Of a stretch of DNA of 64,000 nt, positions 24,642 to 38,409 are shown one piece after another; the stretch's first letter is position 1; each line of letters opens with the position of its first letter. Source of the DNA: Octopus sinensis (taxonomy: Eukaryota); assembly GCF_006345805.1 (NCBI RefSeq), contig NC_042998.1, forward strand, positions 110,918,001 through 110,982,000, written 5' to 3'. Below the pieces are notes generated by a model, which searched no databases, had not been told where the DNA came from, and saw nothing but the letters and a program-made list of their open reading frames with translations. The position numbers and the translations under genes were made by a program.

Positions 24642-25048
24642 CTGTGATCGTGCCATAACATTATCATATAGTTTAGAGAAAAATAACACGTGTCTCATCA
24701 TTACATATTATAATTTTTCGAATTCACCGCCCAAACGCAGTTTCAGTCAGAAGCAAAAAAAAAAAGATGCCGAAATAATCAACTAATTCCTTTCATTATA
24801 TTACTCTGATTAACCTCATTAGTGTCTTATTGATTAGCATTCATTCGTCTACTTTCGCAAATAAATAGCACACACTTCAGTTAGAATTAGTATGTATGAA
24901 TTCTTTATTACAATTAAATAAAAGCATCGTTATTGGGGACCTTACCTTTGTTAATGAGGCTGTTGTTGTTTGTTATCAGATTAGGCTTGATTGAGATCAA
25001 TAATATACCGGCCGTAGAAATCAGTTATTTTTGTGATATAACGTCATT

Positions 25049-25056
25049 ATGTATGA

Positions 25057-25127
<71 letters not shown>

Positions 25128-25232
25128 TGTGTGTGTGTGTGTGTGTGCGCATGTATATATATATATATATATACGCATATATGTATGTATATATATATGT
25201 GCGTGTGTGTATGTGTGTGTGTGTGTGCCTGC
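25049..25232. repeat. Compound (TA)n/(TG)n microsatellite
   Basis: Directly visible. Confidence 0.95.
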
Positions 25233-25471
25233 GTGTAATTATTTGGACTTAGGCTATATGTCTAGCAGTATGCCGATCAGAGCACTTTCACCGTTTAGAA
25301 TACCTGATGTCGTCCACAGTTACGATGTACTTGTCACTGGATCTACCACAGGAAATCCGCAGTGTTGAGTTTATAATGAATGGGGGAAAAGGAAAATGGA
25401 TTTAGCAAGAACCTTTATTCAGCACGACGATTGTTTCGATCAATCCTGCATGTATCCCTTATGAGAAGGAA

Positions 25472-25558
25472 ATAGTACATCTAGCTGAGTTGCATCTATT
25501 AATGCTTTTCACGAAACTCAGAATGCATTAACAGATGAAACACATCTAGATGTACTAT
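25472..25558. other. 87-nt imperfect hairpin (38-bp stem, 5 mismatches, 11-nt loop)
   Basis: atagtacatctagctgagttgcatctattaatgctttt pairs with gaatgcattaacagatgaaacacatctagatgtactat. Confidence 0.85.
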
Positions 25559-25650
25559 ATCCCACCCGTAACAAACAGATGCAGCACGGACCCAAACGAT
25601 CGTTGTGCTAATAATGATTCTTGATAAATCCATTTTCCGTTTTCCTCACT

Positions 25651-26102
<452 letters not shown>

Positions 26103-26899
26103 TAATAACGGGAGTGATACTACTTTAATAAATGTTGCGAGCCCACTAAGAAGCTCTAGAACTCCTGTTGGAAGTTCTTTTACGAAGTGGTTTGACTTTG
26201 ATGGTGGTAGGCCTTCGTCTAACAGAAGTTGACATCTTAAATATACACACGATAAGCTGTATTTGGATGATGATCCTAAAACCTCATCTGACAGAGGCAG
26301 GTTGCGTCCGAAGCAAAAATTAAAAAAAAAAGAATATGGGTAGAAAAAGGTTAGTTATTAGTAATATTATATGGTTCAGTCTCTATTGCAGAAGTTGAGG
26401 ATGAACGAATTCACATTTAATTTTCTGATAACCACTGGTGAAGTATAGTGTCCACCTTCTAACAGATGTAGTAAAAACATTTATAGATGCAGAGTAAAAT
26501 ATCCGTACTTTAAGACCCTCAGTTTAGGACTTAATAATAAGAAATTAAACCTGACTGGAAGTGAGGAATGTGCATTTGACTATTCGAGTAATATTAACAA
26601 CCCTACGTCTACTGCGAATATTGCATCGTAATCTCACATAGATAATACAACGATAATTACTTCGCCTCCTAACAGCAATAATAATACTAAATGTATATAC
26701 AATTATTCGTCAGCCATATCTTTACCATATGTAACTCTAAGGTTTCATCGGGACAATTCTCCAGTGCAAAGTCAATTGTTTCAATGTCTCTTGTACGTAA
26801 CTGTGATTTGAAATAGTTGTTCACCGGCCCCATTCTCCTGATTTCGTCTCAACTGACTAATATCTGTTCTCCAGCCTGACATACCGTATGGATAGGGAT

Positions 26900-27106
26900 C
26901 AGTAACTCGGTGATGATGACGTCATATCTACTGTTGATGATTTTTCAAAGCTACAGAATGAAAGATTCTTCACCAATGGGATCCAAGTACTGCAATGCCA
27001 ATGAAAGAGGTATGTAGATCGCAGGGCGTGGGTGGGTGACCATGTTAAAAAGTAAACCTCACTTGGTCACATTCCATGAGCCTATAAACTTTTCAACCGA
27101 CCCTCG
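26900..27106 (+). mobile_element. Mariner transposase C-terminal fragment with right terminal repeat
   Basis: DDDVISTVDDFSKLQNERFFTNGIQVLQCQ*KRYVDRR resembles the mariner C-terminus (..FF..GI..L..RW.KCV...G.Y); ends aacttttcaaccgaccctcg. Confidence 0.75.
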
Positions 27107-27108
27107 AA

Positions 27109-27172
<64 letters not shown>

Positions 27173-28442
27173 CATACATACATACATACATACATACATA
27201 CATACAAACATGCATACATATATATATATATCAACGGAAACAAAACACAGCGCAAATAACAGCTTAAATAATTAAATGTGTTTGAATATACAGTGCGGTT
27301 TTCAATGCAAATTATTCCAGTACTTACTAGGTGCGACTTTTAGATCTCTGTCATGCAAAGTTACGAAATCTATCTATATATACGATAAACTGTTGATTGT
27401 TACGTGGCTAATTAAAGTCAATATAATACTTTATAATAACTGATTTCTTCATAAATTCTAATGCTGTCCTTAAGTGTTTGCTATTCTAAATTTATCTGTT
27501 GAGCGAGTGAATGTTGTTTGATACGCCAAATATATAAAATTAAATTAGACCCAATATATCAGAGAAATAACACAAATTGGGAACCAAATGTGCTATTATC
27601 ATTTAGCGACTGAGAGAATGTCACCCGTGTGTGTGTGGGTACTTAAAATAGTAGTAATTGATTGAGTAAACTATAGTTTTGACATTTTATATATTTCAGT
27701 CTAGATGGTATCGGTCATCAACTAATTCTTCTGTCGTCAGAAATATATGTGTGTTGATACCTATGTGTGTCGATTCTTGTATACGAAGCCTCAAAATATA
27801 CCTCAACTAGCCGGAATCTCTTGTCTGAGATTGATAAATGCCTGCTTTACACTAGCAGTTATATATGGCTCCAAACATAGATGTCAAACTTTGGTGAAAA
27901 CATTATAAACGAAGTTTATAAAACTCAAATAGATGTTTCCATCGTTACTTTCTCAGATTTCTCTTGACATTCGGTGATGAAGTTCATATTAACTCCAGTT
28001 GGCGTAATAATATGCGAGGAATAGATATAAATAATTCTACTTAAAAAAGAGATATCAACTAATATTTTTCGGAGTTATCTTCAATATATATAAAGCATTT
28101 GAGAAGGAAGAAAACCTTTTGTCACTTTCATATTTTACAGATGGACACGAGAGCCGTAATTAGTGTCACCAAACATTATCCAGATAATAACTGTTTGATT
28201 ACTTCCCTCACACTGTAAGAATACTCTGTTTACGTTTTCGCGGCTAGAGAAGCTACTGGAATGGAATTGTCAATACAGTTGATGACGTTTTATCAGGAAA
28301 ACCTCTTTAGAGCAATATTAAAGAAAGCAAAAAAGTTAAATGAATGAATAAATAATTCAGACAGTAGAATATGTTCATGCCTTAAAAAAACAAAATAACT
28401 CTAAATTTTTATGTAGAATACGTTGTCGTAGAAACAAGAAAT

Positions 28443-28813
28443 AACAAGAGTACTCAGAGAGCGCAAACCTCCGCCAAGGCAACACCAAAGTCCTCTCGAC
28501 GATTAGCCGGAGATGATTTTTAAAATGAGAATATCTGAAATAAACTCCACTGCTCTCACAAACGAGAATGTTAAAAATGAACCCAACCGCTCTCAAAAAT
28601 TAAGTAAAAAAAAAAAAAAAAATGGAAAAATAATTCAGAATCTTTGTCTAGTACCGGATCGATCCCAAAATCTGATCAGCAGTTCGTGCCAGTCACGAGG
28701 CCAAACATCCCTAAAAATTTCATCCGAATCCATTCAGCGGTTCTTGAGATATCTTGTCTACCGACAAACACGACTGAAAGCAATACCTCCGCCTTTGCTA
28801 AGGCGGAGGTAAT
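28443..28813 (+). mobile_element. Non-autonomous Helentron/DINE-like element
   Basis: Subterminal acctccgcc near the 5' end; 3' stem-loop tacctccgcctt-tgct-aaggcggaggta (28784-28811); internal aaaatttcatccgaatccattc segment; no ORF. Confidence 0.7.
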
Positions 28814-31800
28814 AAATGAAATAAAAATAATGGATACATATATTAGAATTAGTTCGAAACGGGAAGTAGACCAGATAAGAAAGGGGGAATTTTTCTAGTG
28901 TTATCAGATAGAATGGGTAAGAGTTACAGCAAAGAGAAATGATAAGTACGTAAGTAGGTTTGTAAAATTGAAGGGGCAGAGTAACGACTATTAAAACGTT
29001 GTAGACATACAACCGAACACACATGTATCTGTAAATTTATGTATGTATGTACGTATGCATGAATGTATGTAACTGTCGGTCTGTCTGTCTGCCTGTCTCT
29101 CTTCCTCTCTCTCTCTTTCCCTATAAATAAATATATATATATGTGTGTATGTATACATATATAAATGTGTTTGTGTGTATGTGTGTGTGTGTGTGTGTTG
29201 TGTGTGTGTAATTTAGGGAATAGTTTCTTAGGGAGCTCTGGCGAATACCATGTAAGCGCACCATACGAGATTCTGACTAAGAGAATGCAGAGGTAACGAA
29301 TCCATTATTCTGAAAAGCATTCCATGCAAAACCCTAGGAAATATGTCGATTATGAGATTGGTGTCATCATCGTAGAGTAATGAAATAAATGAAGATAACG
29401 GTATTACAGCTTTAATCAGTGACAATCCTTTCAATGGGCGGTTGAATGTTGACATGAAATCACATGATTGATTATACGTATAGGATTACAGGAAAGTTCC
29501 CCTTATCATTCCACAGACTAATTTACGAAAATAATACCGAACTAGATAATAGTTTTCATAGCGGAAATTAGACTATTAAATATAAGGTGGAAAGGGCAGA
29601 GAAGACAAAGTAATATATTATAAACAGGAGGGTTTTCAAGTTATAAGATATTCACTCAAATAGAGACACTGTAGAGTGAGATAAGTCTATTGTCCCAAAG
29701 CAGATAATCTATTCTAAACAATATCGTCCACAAAAGAAAATGATACACCAGGGACAAATCAATTTATTTTGTGTGTGTGTGTATCAATTTAAATACACAA
29801 CGGAAATAGCTATTAATAGTTTCATGCTATTATGATACTTGAACGGGCATACTTATAGAATACACCATGTATCTTAAAGCAATCTTTCTAGTTCTGCTAA
29901 TGCGTAAAAATAGTTTAAAAACAAGGACGCTGGACAGAAGAAACCTGAGAAAAAGCGAAGAAAATTGTTGCAAAAAGTTGAACAAGAAAAAAGAACCTAA
30001 ATCAAGAATACTAAGTTGCTCGTCTCCTTGATTGCAGAAAGCGCATTAAATACAACTGTTTTAGAACAAAGTAACAAAAATATGTCAAAGTGCGCGAGAC
30101 AGCAACTCAATCCAGAGCATATGGTGCCCTCTAGTTCGATAAAAGAAACTTGTCCATGTGTCTACACCTGCTACAATTTACAGATCTCTAGAATTAAGTA
30201 GTATTTTGGAATTGCTGGATCGAAAAATAATAGATCTTTCGGCTACGCATAAGTTGCATTTCTTAGATCCATTAACTTATAGCTTGCATTTCTCCTCTGT
30301 TCTCCACATAATTGCATGTGGTGGGAAGTTGCTCTTCAGTTCCATATATATATATATACATATTCATATACCGTAGATGGATGGACAGTAATTTAGGAAT
30401 CAAAATTTTCGAAGAGGGTGGTGGTTTACTATAATATATAGTTAGAATAGTTCCTTAAATGTGTGATAAAAGTATAAGAGGAAAAAAGAAAATAAATATG
30501 AGAATGAAAGAATAAAGATAGGAGCAGTGTACTAAAGAAACTAAAGGTGCAGTCATAGGTTATAATTGGGATCAGGATGGTGTTGTTCACTCTCAAATGA
30601 ACAACGAAATAAATTGATTAGTAGTGTAATAAATTATTTAAGTGATGAGTTCTGATTTACAGAGCACATAATATATTTACCGGTGATAAAGCTAAAGATA
30701 ATAAAAAGTGTAAGGACACGGTTTATAACATTATGCAATTGTTTAATTCAATTAAATTTGTAAATGAAAATGTGTTACTGAATTTCAGGGCATACCAGAT
30801 CAATAACACAGGGGAACAATTTCGAACATAATTTCTGTTCAGTTTGCTTTTTCACTTGAGTTAGATTGAAATTGGAATACCGATTTCAAAACTACACTTA
30901 GCCTCTTGTCACACATCATTTTTCCTGCTGCTGCTCCCTCTGACTCTGAATAAGCCCTATTGTATTGTATTTAGCCAAGGAAGTGCAAAGAGTTTTTTTT
31001 TTGTTTTTAATTCTTGTACATAATTCTATATCTAAATTTGAATTTGGATGTTGTAGCATATATATATAGTAATGTACTTTTTCTGGTGCGGTAACTGAAT
31101 ATTCATATACTAAAATATTTCTAAGGCTGTTATTTAAATAGCACTAGAGTTCGAAGTCGGAGGATCCTACTTTTGAAGGGGATTAGAGTTTTGTACTTCT
31201 TTGAAATTAAAAAGTGCCTCTCCTAATAAAGTCTCACACTTCTAGAATGCACCTTGTATTGTTAATCAATTCCGGCGCCTGAAAATGTGACTCAGATATA
31301 TATCCCTTTCAACACATAAATAAGAATCGGGTTATACGAGATAATTTTCACGTCTCTTTTTGCCTCCCATGTAACATCTCCTGACACGTCATTCAAACTC
31401 CACTCCGCAGTCTTAATTATGATTGGATATACTGAATAGCTCTTGTCTATGTGTAATAACACAGAAAATCAGCTTTTGAATATTCACAGATAGATTTCTG
31501 GCCGGGTAATAAGGATCCGTCTCAGATTACAAATATTTGTTGAGAGAAACACCTCTGTTTTGTAGGAATGTTCGATCGATCGAAGATATTCTGAGTTTAT
31601 AGTAACAGCTTATTACTTAACCACTAAAATCGTACGTAAATCATATATCAGAAAGAGTAACTATCAACTGGAGTCTGAAAAGCGCAACAGACTTGAAGCT
31701 GGAGCTCATAATGTCGAATATCTACAAAAACAGCTGCAGCAACTCTCTTTGTTCATTCTCTTTGCCATCTCTGTCTATCAATACAATACAAAACTGAAAC

Positions 31801-33075
31801 GAATGAGGATTTTTGCATTCGATTTCGCTTAACTGCATAATATAGGTGGTTGAATGTAGTAGGCAACTGACCGGATTATGCACTTAAACGAAGTTGTTCA
31901 TCGGCGAGAAATTACAAGACTGCTATATATTGTCAATAATAATGTATTGTGACTTTGTTAGTCATCTATGGATTATAAAATAAAACATTTTTTTTTTACT
32001 TCTATATTTTCTGTACATATAATTTACTTACGTTCCAGCTAGTTCAAGCTATGCTTGTTATGTATATGTATCGACATAATAATCGTTTGATTTATCCCTT
32101 TGATATTTTTCAATTACTCAAGATAAAGCAGATTCATGCGTCTCCATAACTACTACCACGTTATTTTACTCATTATCTCATAAAACAACAAATGTGTACA
32201 CATTCAAGTTATCTTTTTTATTGATATGTAATATGTATTGACATAAACGTTTTTCAAATGCTTTTGGTACTCTTCAATACTCAGCACTAGTGAGATTCAT
32301 ATGTCCAGACAATGGCTTTCACACAGACACACACATACACACACGCATGTACATGCACACATATACGCAAACACACGTACGTGCGAACTTGCTCGTACAA
32401 ACATACACACAAACACACACATGTACGTGCGCACTTGCACGTACACACGCACATAAACACACACAAATCATCTAGGCCTACGTGGGTAAAGAAAAGTTTT
32501 ATTGGGTCAAATAAATGCTAATGAAGTTAGTAACAAAAACAACAAAATAATATCTGTTCAATACTTGATTCAAATCTATCGTTTTTTACCAATTTTATCT
32601 GCAATGAAGATTTATTTATCGTAAAATTTTATTATACAATTAAAAGTAAGAAAAGTGTACACATGAATCTGAACTTCAGTAGCCTTTAACTCATTGAAAT
32701 GGCAATACTAATTTCGATACTTTTGACTCTTTTGACATTTAGTTGTTTGTTAACATCAAGTGCTGACTGCTGTCATTTTAACTCGAGAAAACTCAGGCTT
32801 CTAAAATCAGTTTACTCATATAAAATGAAATAACTTCTTAACTTTATGTCACATTTTACTAATGATTCAAACCGTCGTTGTTATCATTTTATTATAGCAG
32901 CTCCGGTTTCTGGTTTCTTCAAAGAACAGAGGTCAGCGTGGGCAGAGTATTTTCCAAGAGTCAAACTCCAACATTTGTTTTTAAATTCCAATGTTGTAAT
33001 GTTGTTTTAGTACAGTCGGTCTATAATATACATATTAATCATGCTTCTATATACGAAATTATCTGCAATATATAT

Positions 33076-33410
33076 ACTCTTTTACCTGTTTTAGTCATTT
33101 GACTGTGACCATGCTGGAGCACCGCCTTTAGTCGAGCATATCGACCCCAGGACTTATTATTTATAAGCTAGTACATATTCAATCGGTCTCATTTGCCGAA
33201 CCGCTAAGTTACGCGATGTTGGAGGGGGGGGGCAAACACAAACACACAAACACATACATATGCATATATATATTTACATATATGCGACGGGCTTCTTTCA
33301 GTTTCCGTCTACGAAATCCACTCTCAAGGCAAGGTGCCACGTAGTGGGGCTGAACCCGGAACCATGTGGTTCGTAAGCAAGCTACTTACCACACAGCCAC
33401 TCCTGTGCCT
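33076..33410 (-). mobile_element. tRNA-derived SINE (family 1) with internal deletions
   Basis: Minus-strand 5' end aggcacaggagtggctgtgtggtaag (A box) ... ggttcagcccc (B-box-like); internal microsatellite; tail aaggcggtgctccagcatgg...aaacaggtaaaagag. Confidence 0.88.
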
Positions 33411-33595
33411 ATATATAAGCGTAGGAGTGGTTATATATGGCCATTATAGCTCATGAAATAACAACAATCCATGTTCTGCGTTCCAACATGTATGGTGATG
33501 ACCACAGAACGCTTATGTCTAGCCATAGATGTGTATGGGTAAATGACTCTTTGTGTGTTGTGGGGTGTATATACAGGTACGCATGAACATTCTTA

Positions 33596-34448
33596 CAGAG
33601 TGCAACTTTGTATACACTCATCTACACACAAAGAGACACACATAAATACTGATATAATGGTGAGCAGTCAATAGTGTTGAATAGAATAAAAATTGAATAT
33701 GTAGTTGTAACAAAATTAGCTGACATGGAGGACTCGAATCCATCTGAAATTGGAAATCCGTTACCTGCATTGTGATGATTCGCACCGGATATTATGACTG
33801 GTGTTCAATAATGTAATTGGTGTGAGATATGATATGGGCAGCTGTAACGGAGACAACGAACCTGTGACCGGCAGGAAGCGACACAACTCGCGTTCTGATT
33901 GCGTCCGTACGCTAGTGTTCATATCCACATTTTTGAACAGACGGCTCCGTAAAGCGGCTGGAGACTGCACTCAATCCCTGGCTTGAGAGGGGTGCTGCTG
34001 GAATACTATATGAATTCCAATAGGATTTGGCTCCTTGCCATATTTCTGGGTAGGGTCAAAAATGATTGTCGAAGGATTTGAACAGTTTTGCCAGATCCAA
34101 TGTCTGCCCTCCTAATTCCCTCGATTATAATCACATGCATCACCATGTGTAGGGTACAGTTGAGAAGGAGACCAGCCGCTCTCTCTACAACACCTAGGCG
34201 GAGCTGGTGGCCAAGACCAAGGAAGTGTTCGAAGATCTTCCCAGGAACACAGAGCAACGCAAATAACCGATTGCAGAGCTGTCTTGAGGCTGTGGTGGAA
34301 ACTGAGGGCATTTACTTTGAGTAAACTATTATCTCACAGCCATAATCTACTTGATAATTTTTGTCTTTTCTTTGAATACTTTTATTTTTGGATGAAATTG
34401 TATGTTTTCTTTTCCCTTTATGCTGTCAAATTTAGCCCGAACACTCTG
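33596..34448 (+). mobile_element. Internally deleted Tc1/maT-like (IS630-Tc1-mariner) transposon
   Basis: YEFQ*DLAPCH..CPPNSLDYNHMHHHV*GTVEKET..LEAVVETEGIYFE* (cf. QQDSAP.H, WPPNSPD.NP.DY.VWG); short terminal match cagagtg/cactctg. Confidence 0.78.
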
Positions 34449-34649
34449 TGCGTGTATCTATGTACATACGTCTGTGTCTGTATTTATATTTGAAATGGCA
34501 GCACTGTTTAAACCAAGTCTTGAGTTAAAATAATTAGCCATTCAAATAACTGAGTCTCACGGCTCGAATATAATTCATAGAAGTAGTTCCGCCAGTAATG
34601 TCGTATTGCATGACTGAAACCATAAAGGGATAAGTAAAATATATTTATG

Positions 34650-37600
34650 ATTAATATTTTTATGAGTTTTTCTTTAAATTTGTTTCCATGTCTTGCCAAG
34701 TGTCTTCCCGACTCAGGGCAAAGAATCTCCCTGTACACATTGATAGGCTATTAAAATAAAGACACCAGTTTGTTCATTTACAAAATCAAATAATTTATGT
34801 AAAAACAAAAGAAATTCACGCGAAGTTATCGATCTCACAGCAGCAGTGATCTTCTCCATACATGGTGCATGCCAGTTAAAAACAATCTTTGGCACTTCTT
34901 GCAGGAATGGTAAGCCAGGGATCATTTTCTGATCTACTCTAATTTTCATCACCGTGGTAGTTCAGGGTCAGTAAGTTATAGACTTGAGCAGCGAAGATGA
35001 AGCCCTTGCTCTCTGCCTTTAACTCTGAGCTTCGTAACCATGCAAAGGTATCTGTTGCCACTATTAACCAATTCTTTGCGCTATTTGGTCTTTTCCATTA
35101 ATTTTATTTTCTTTGCAACAACAGTTGCCACACTTCCCTCAGGCTGTTCAACCTGGGTATCATTCATGAACTCAATAGCAAATTGTTTGCTCTCTTTCAA
35201 GATAGGGTTAAGTTTCTTGCGCCTTTCGAGATTATCACCAGACATTAGCTGTTGTAAGATACTCGGTCACTCGCTCGAATCGTAGTTGCTTTGTAAGAAA
35301 GTTTAAACTGGATCAAGCGTCGACATAGTGGGACCCTTGGAAGATAAAGACGATCGAAGTTTGTCTTTGAGTGGTGCATCATATTACAAGTCAGCATCTT
35401 ACAAATTTTCTATCAGATTTTTTTATCTTAGTCATTCCACTTCAATACATTGAAGGTATAAGTAAGAACCAAAAGAAATTTATGGCTAACACTGTGTTAT
35501 GTGCATTTCGCTCAGAACTCTCCTATAACATTCCTGCTTGATCTCTTCCATGCTTGCATGCTAAATGCCATAGCCTTCATTTATTCCTATGTATTTATAG
35601 GTTTGTTCATGCTCAAGTCATTTTATAACTATATCAACATATAGCGCGACTGAATTTGAGATCTTGGTCTTGGTCTTGGTACACTAACCAGAATCAAACA
35701 ACATCCTGATGTCATCACTGAACGCTTTAACGGTACGAGATTGTCCTTCCAGTTCATTCTTGTCTTTACTATAGTGTTTTAAGTCATCTATAGAAAATAG
35801 TTTTTCTTATTTTCTAGTCTTCAATATTATACTCAAACCCTGTTCTGTTGAGTTCACTAGTAAGAGCAATACTAAAAATTATAGGTGAAAATGAGTCACC
35901 CTGTAAGATGCCACGGTTGATGCAAATATTGTTTGGAGCTAGTACTCTATTAGAATTATATAGTTGGAGATTAGTTTTCCAAATGACAAATGCTACGGGA
36001 AGTTAGACATTACAGGAGAAATTTTGAAGTTGGCCACCAATTTCAGGATCCAGGAATGCAGTATTCTATCAAAAGCTTTTCTGTAATCAATCTATGCAGA
36101 GCTGATACTTCCGGACTTGTTATGAAAGTTCCCAAGGATCTTGCAATTAGTTATGAGTTGATGTTTGCATCCATGTGAGCTGCGATGGCACCATTTTCAT
36201 CCAGTGGAGAAAGCATTGTTCTATTCTATTGTAGAAGCGCACATATTTTCTCCATGAGAATATATGTTAAAATTTCATAAGTGATGGATAAACAGATTTT
36301 GGGCCGATAGTTTATTGGAACTTTGTTTTCATTTTTCTTTGAGAATAAGTAATACCACTTGGTAAACAGTCTGGTGTTTTGGATATCTCATAATTGCATT
36401 GAACAGCTTGACTAAATTATCGTGCGCACGCGGGAGCAAAGGGAGCCAAAAATTTAGAGCCTATCTTGGCCGGGGGATTTCCACTTATGAGATATTGTGA
36501 GTATCATTTTTAGGTCTGCCACTGAGATATCTTCTCATGCTTGTTCTAGTAAATTTTGCTAGCATCTTTCTGTGGGTCTAATTTAATTTGCTTGTGTTTC
36601 TTCTCCTTACTCCAATCTTTTCCCCAACGTTGTCCTCAATATTTTCAACTTCTTCCATGCGGGAAGGGTCTTCAATGGTTATTTTCTCCCTTTTTTCTGT
36701 ACAATATTTTGGCATTGGTTGTGAACAGCTTTTTTTTTTCTTGTAAAAATTGTTTCTTTTCAAAAATATTCGTACTCTCTGAGCGTCTACTTGGACTTTC
36801 TGTTTCAGTGTTTTTTGTTGGGTTTCTTTATAAAAATCCATATTATCTCTTCACTTTTCTTCCTTTGCTGGATTTTACATCTTTTCCATCGATTAATTCA
36901 TTTAATACTGATATTTCTCCTCTCATTATTTCATTCGCTTTTTTCAAATTTAGTCCTCCAGTTTAGATTTCTTTTTAGATTTGGTTTCCTTTTTTTTTTC
37001 TTTAGTGGCACACAGCTTATTTCAGTTGCTTTGACAGATACGTAAATAATTTCATTTGACTCAGTAAGATCACGTTTTTATTCTTGTACTACTTCCTATG
37101 TCATATAGTTGCCAATTTTAATTTATCTTTTTGGTTATGACAGTTTATGAAGTGATTCTCTATCATTCATACTTGCAGGTCTTACGACTGCCAGATCATT
37201 CAAATGTATTGCCCGTGTTTCTCTTAGTCTCTGTATTCTTCAGTAGATGTGTGATCTGCACATACAGTCTTTTTTTATACTTTCCTGACAAGCATTATTA
37301 GATTCATTAGAATTTTGTTCTTTATTTATGCTTTTGCGTGATTTGGTTAGATGGCGTTCTTTCAATTAAGACTCGTGGCGGGTTACTCTCCTCATCTGTT
37401 TCTTCACTTTCTTCCCTTATATTTAGGTCAGTTTCCACTGCGTGCTTGGTCGCAATTATTTCGGTTTCTGTGTGTCTATTAATACTGAAGATATCACTCC
37501 TAACATTTTCTAACTTGATTTCATCTAAATAGGATCTGCTATCTTGATTTCGCTTTCTGTATATTTTTAAGAGTTTGCGGAGAAGCCAACCTAATGAATA

Positions 37601-37850
37601 AGCGTATATTACTTTATTCTCCTCCCGGCTCCACTTTATAATTTTACATTTTATTTTCTTGTAGCGGCTGTGGTGGAGGACTTGGAGAGCTCGAGTTGGA
37701 GCAGATCCTGTTCAAGTGACTATCTAGGTTCATGTTCCAAAGAGAGTTTGTGCCAGTGGATGACTTTTCGACCTCAGGTGGGATCCCTACTGAAGAACGT
37801 GCTTCCTGATGCACGGTAGGACAAGCCATTTAGTGAACTGATTTCATTTT
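34650..37850 (-). mobile_element. Near full-length degenerate R4/Dong-like non-LTR retrotransposon
   Basis: 5' KWSREENKVI (Myb-like, ~37600-37640); ETLKQKVQVDAQRVR; KWKSPGQD; NYRP; WIDYRKAFDRILHSWIL (RT); WLRSSELKAESKGFIFAAQ; C-terminus KMIPGLPFLQEVPKIV(fs)LTGMHHVWRRSLLL*; zinc-finger/RLE core deleted. Confidence 0.85.
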
Positions 37851-38058
37851 CCATAACATTGTTTTATGTTACATTAATATTAACATTGAGGCTTAAGTGG
37901 TTAATAAAGATACGAGCAATTCCTCTACTGTTGACCACTATTAATATTATCGTCATTATTATTGCCGTTATCTTTATTATTATTCTATTATAGTAATTGA
38001 GGATGCTGCTGTTTACCATTATTATCGATTTGATCCCTATGGATACTTAGTGTAGCCT

Positions 38059-38270
38059 AGACGGTGGCCTGGCAGAATCGTTAGCCTGCCAGATAGAATA
38101 CTTAGCCTGTCGTCTTTACGTTTTGAATTCAAATTTTGCCGAGGTTAACTATACATTGTATCCCTATGCGGTCGATGAAATAAGTACCAAGCGTGTACTT
38201 GGATAGATGTAATTTACCATCTCCTCTACCAAACGTTCAGGCTGTGCGCCTTTAATAGAAAGGATCATTA
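38059..38270 (+). mobile_element. Full-length tRNA-derived SINE (family 2)
   Basis: gacggtggcctggcagaatcgttagc (A box)...gaattcaaattttgccgagg (B box)...gtcgatgaaataagtacc central domain; followed by (ATT)n tail. Confidence 0.8.
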
Positions 38271-38329
38271 ACTATTATTATTATTATTATTATTACTGTA
38301 GTTGTTATTTTTGTTGCTACCTTTTCTGT

Positions 38330-38400
38330 TTGGCACTTCTTTCAGGAATGGTAAGCCAGGGATCATTTTCAAATAACTTCTACTTCTACTTACCTGATTC
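38330..38400 (-). mobile_element. Short R4/Dong-like ORF-end fragment
   Basis: tttggcacttctttcaggaatggtaagccagggatcattttc is nearly identical to ~34888-34930 (KMIPGLPFL.EVP). Confidence 0.7.
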
Positions 38401-38409
38401 CTAGTATTC

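Noticed and set aside
24945-25040. Strong minus-strand donor AAG|GTAAGG near 24951
   Set aside because: No upstream acceptor gives a stop-free exon.
33330-33410. tRNA-like A/B boxes here and at 38059, 40900 and 44160
   Set aside because: They are SINE heads continuing into repeat bodies, with no cloverleaf, so not tRNA genes.
37665-37815. Strong plus-strand acceptor (ttttattttcttgtAG) followed by GC-rich open frames
   Set aside because: It lies antisense within the 5' region of the R4/Dong-like element; KWSREENKVI is encoded immediately adjacent on the minus strand.
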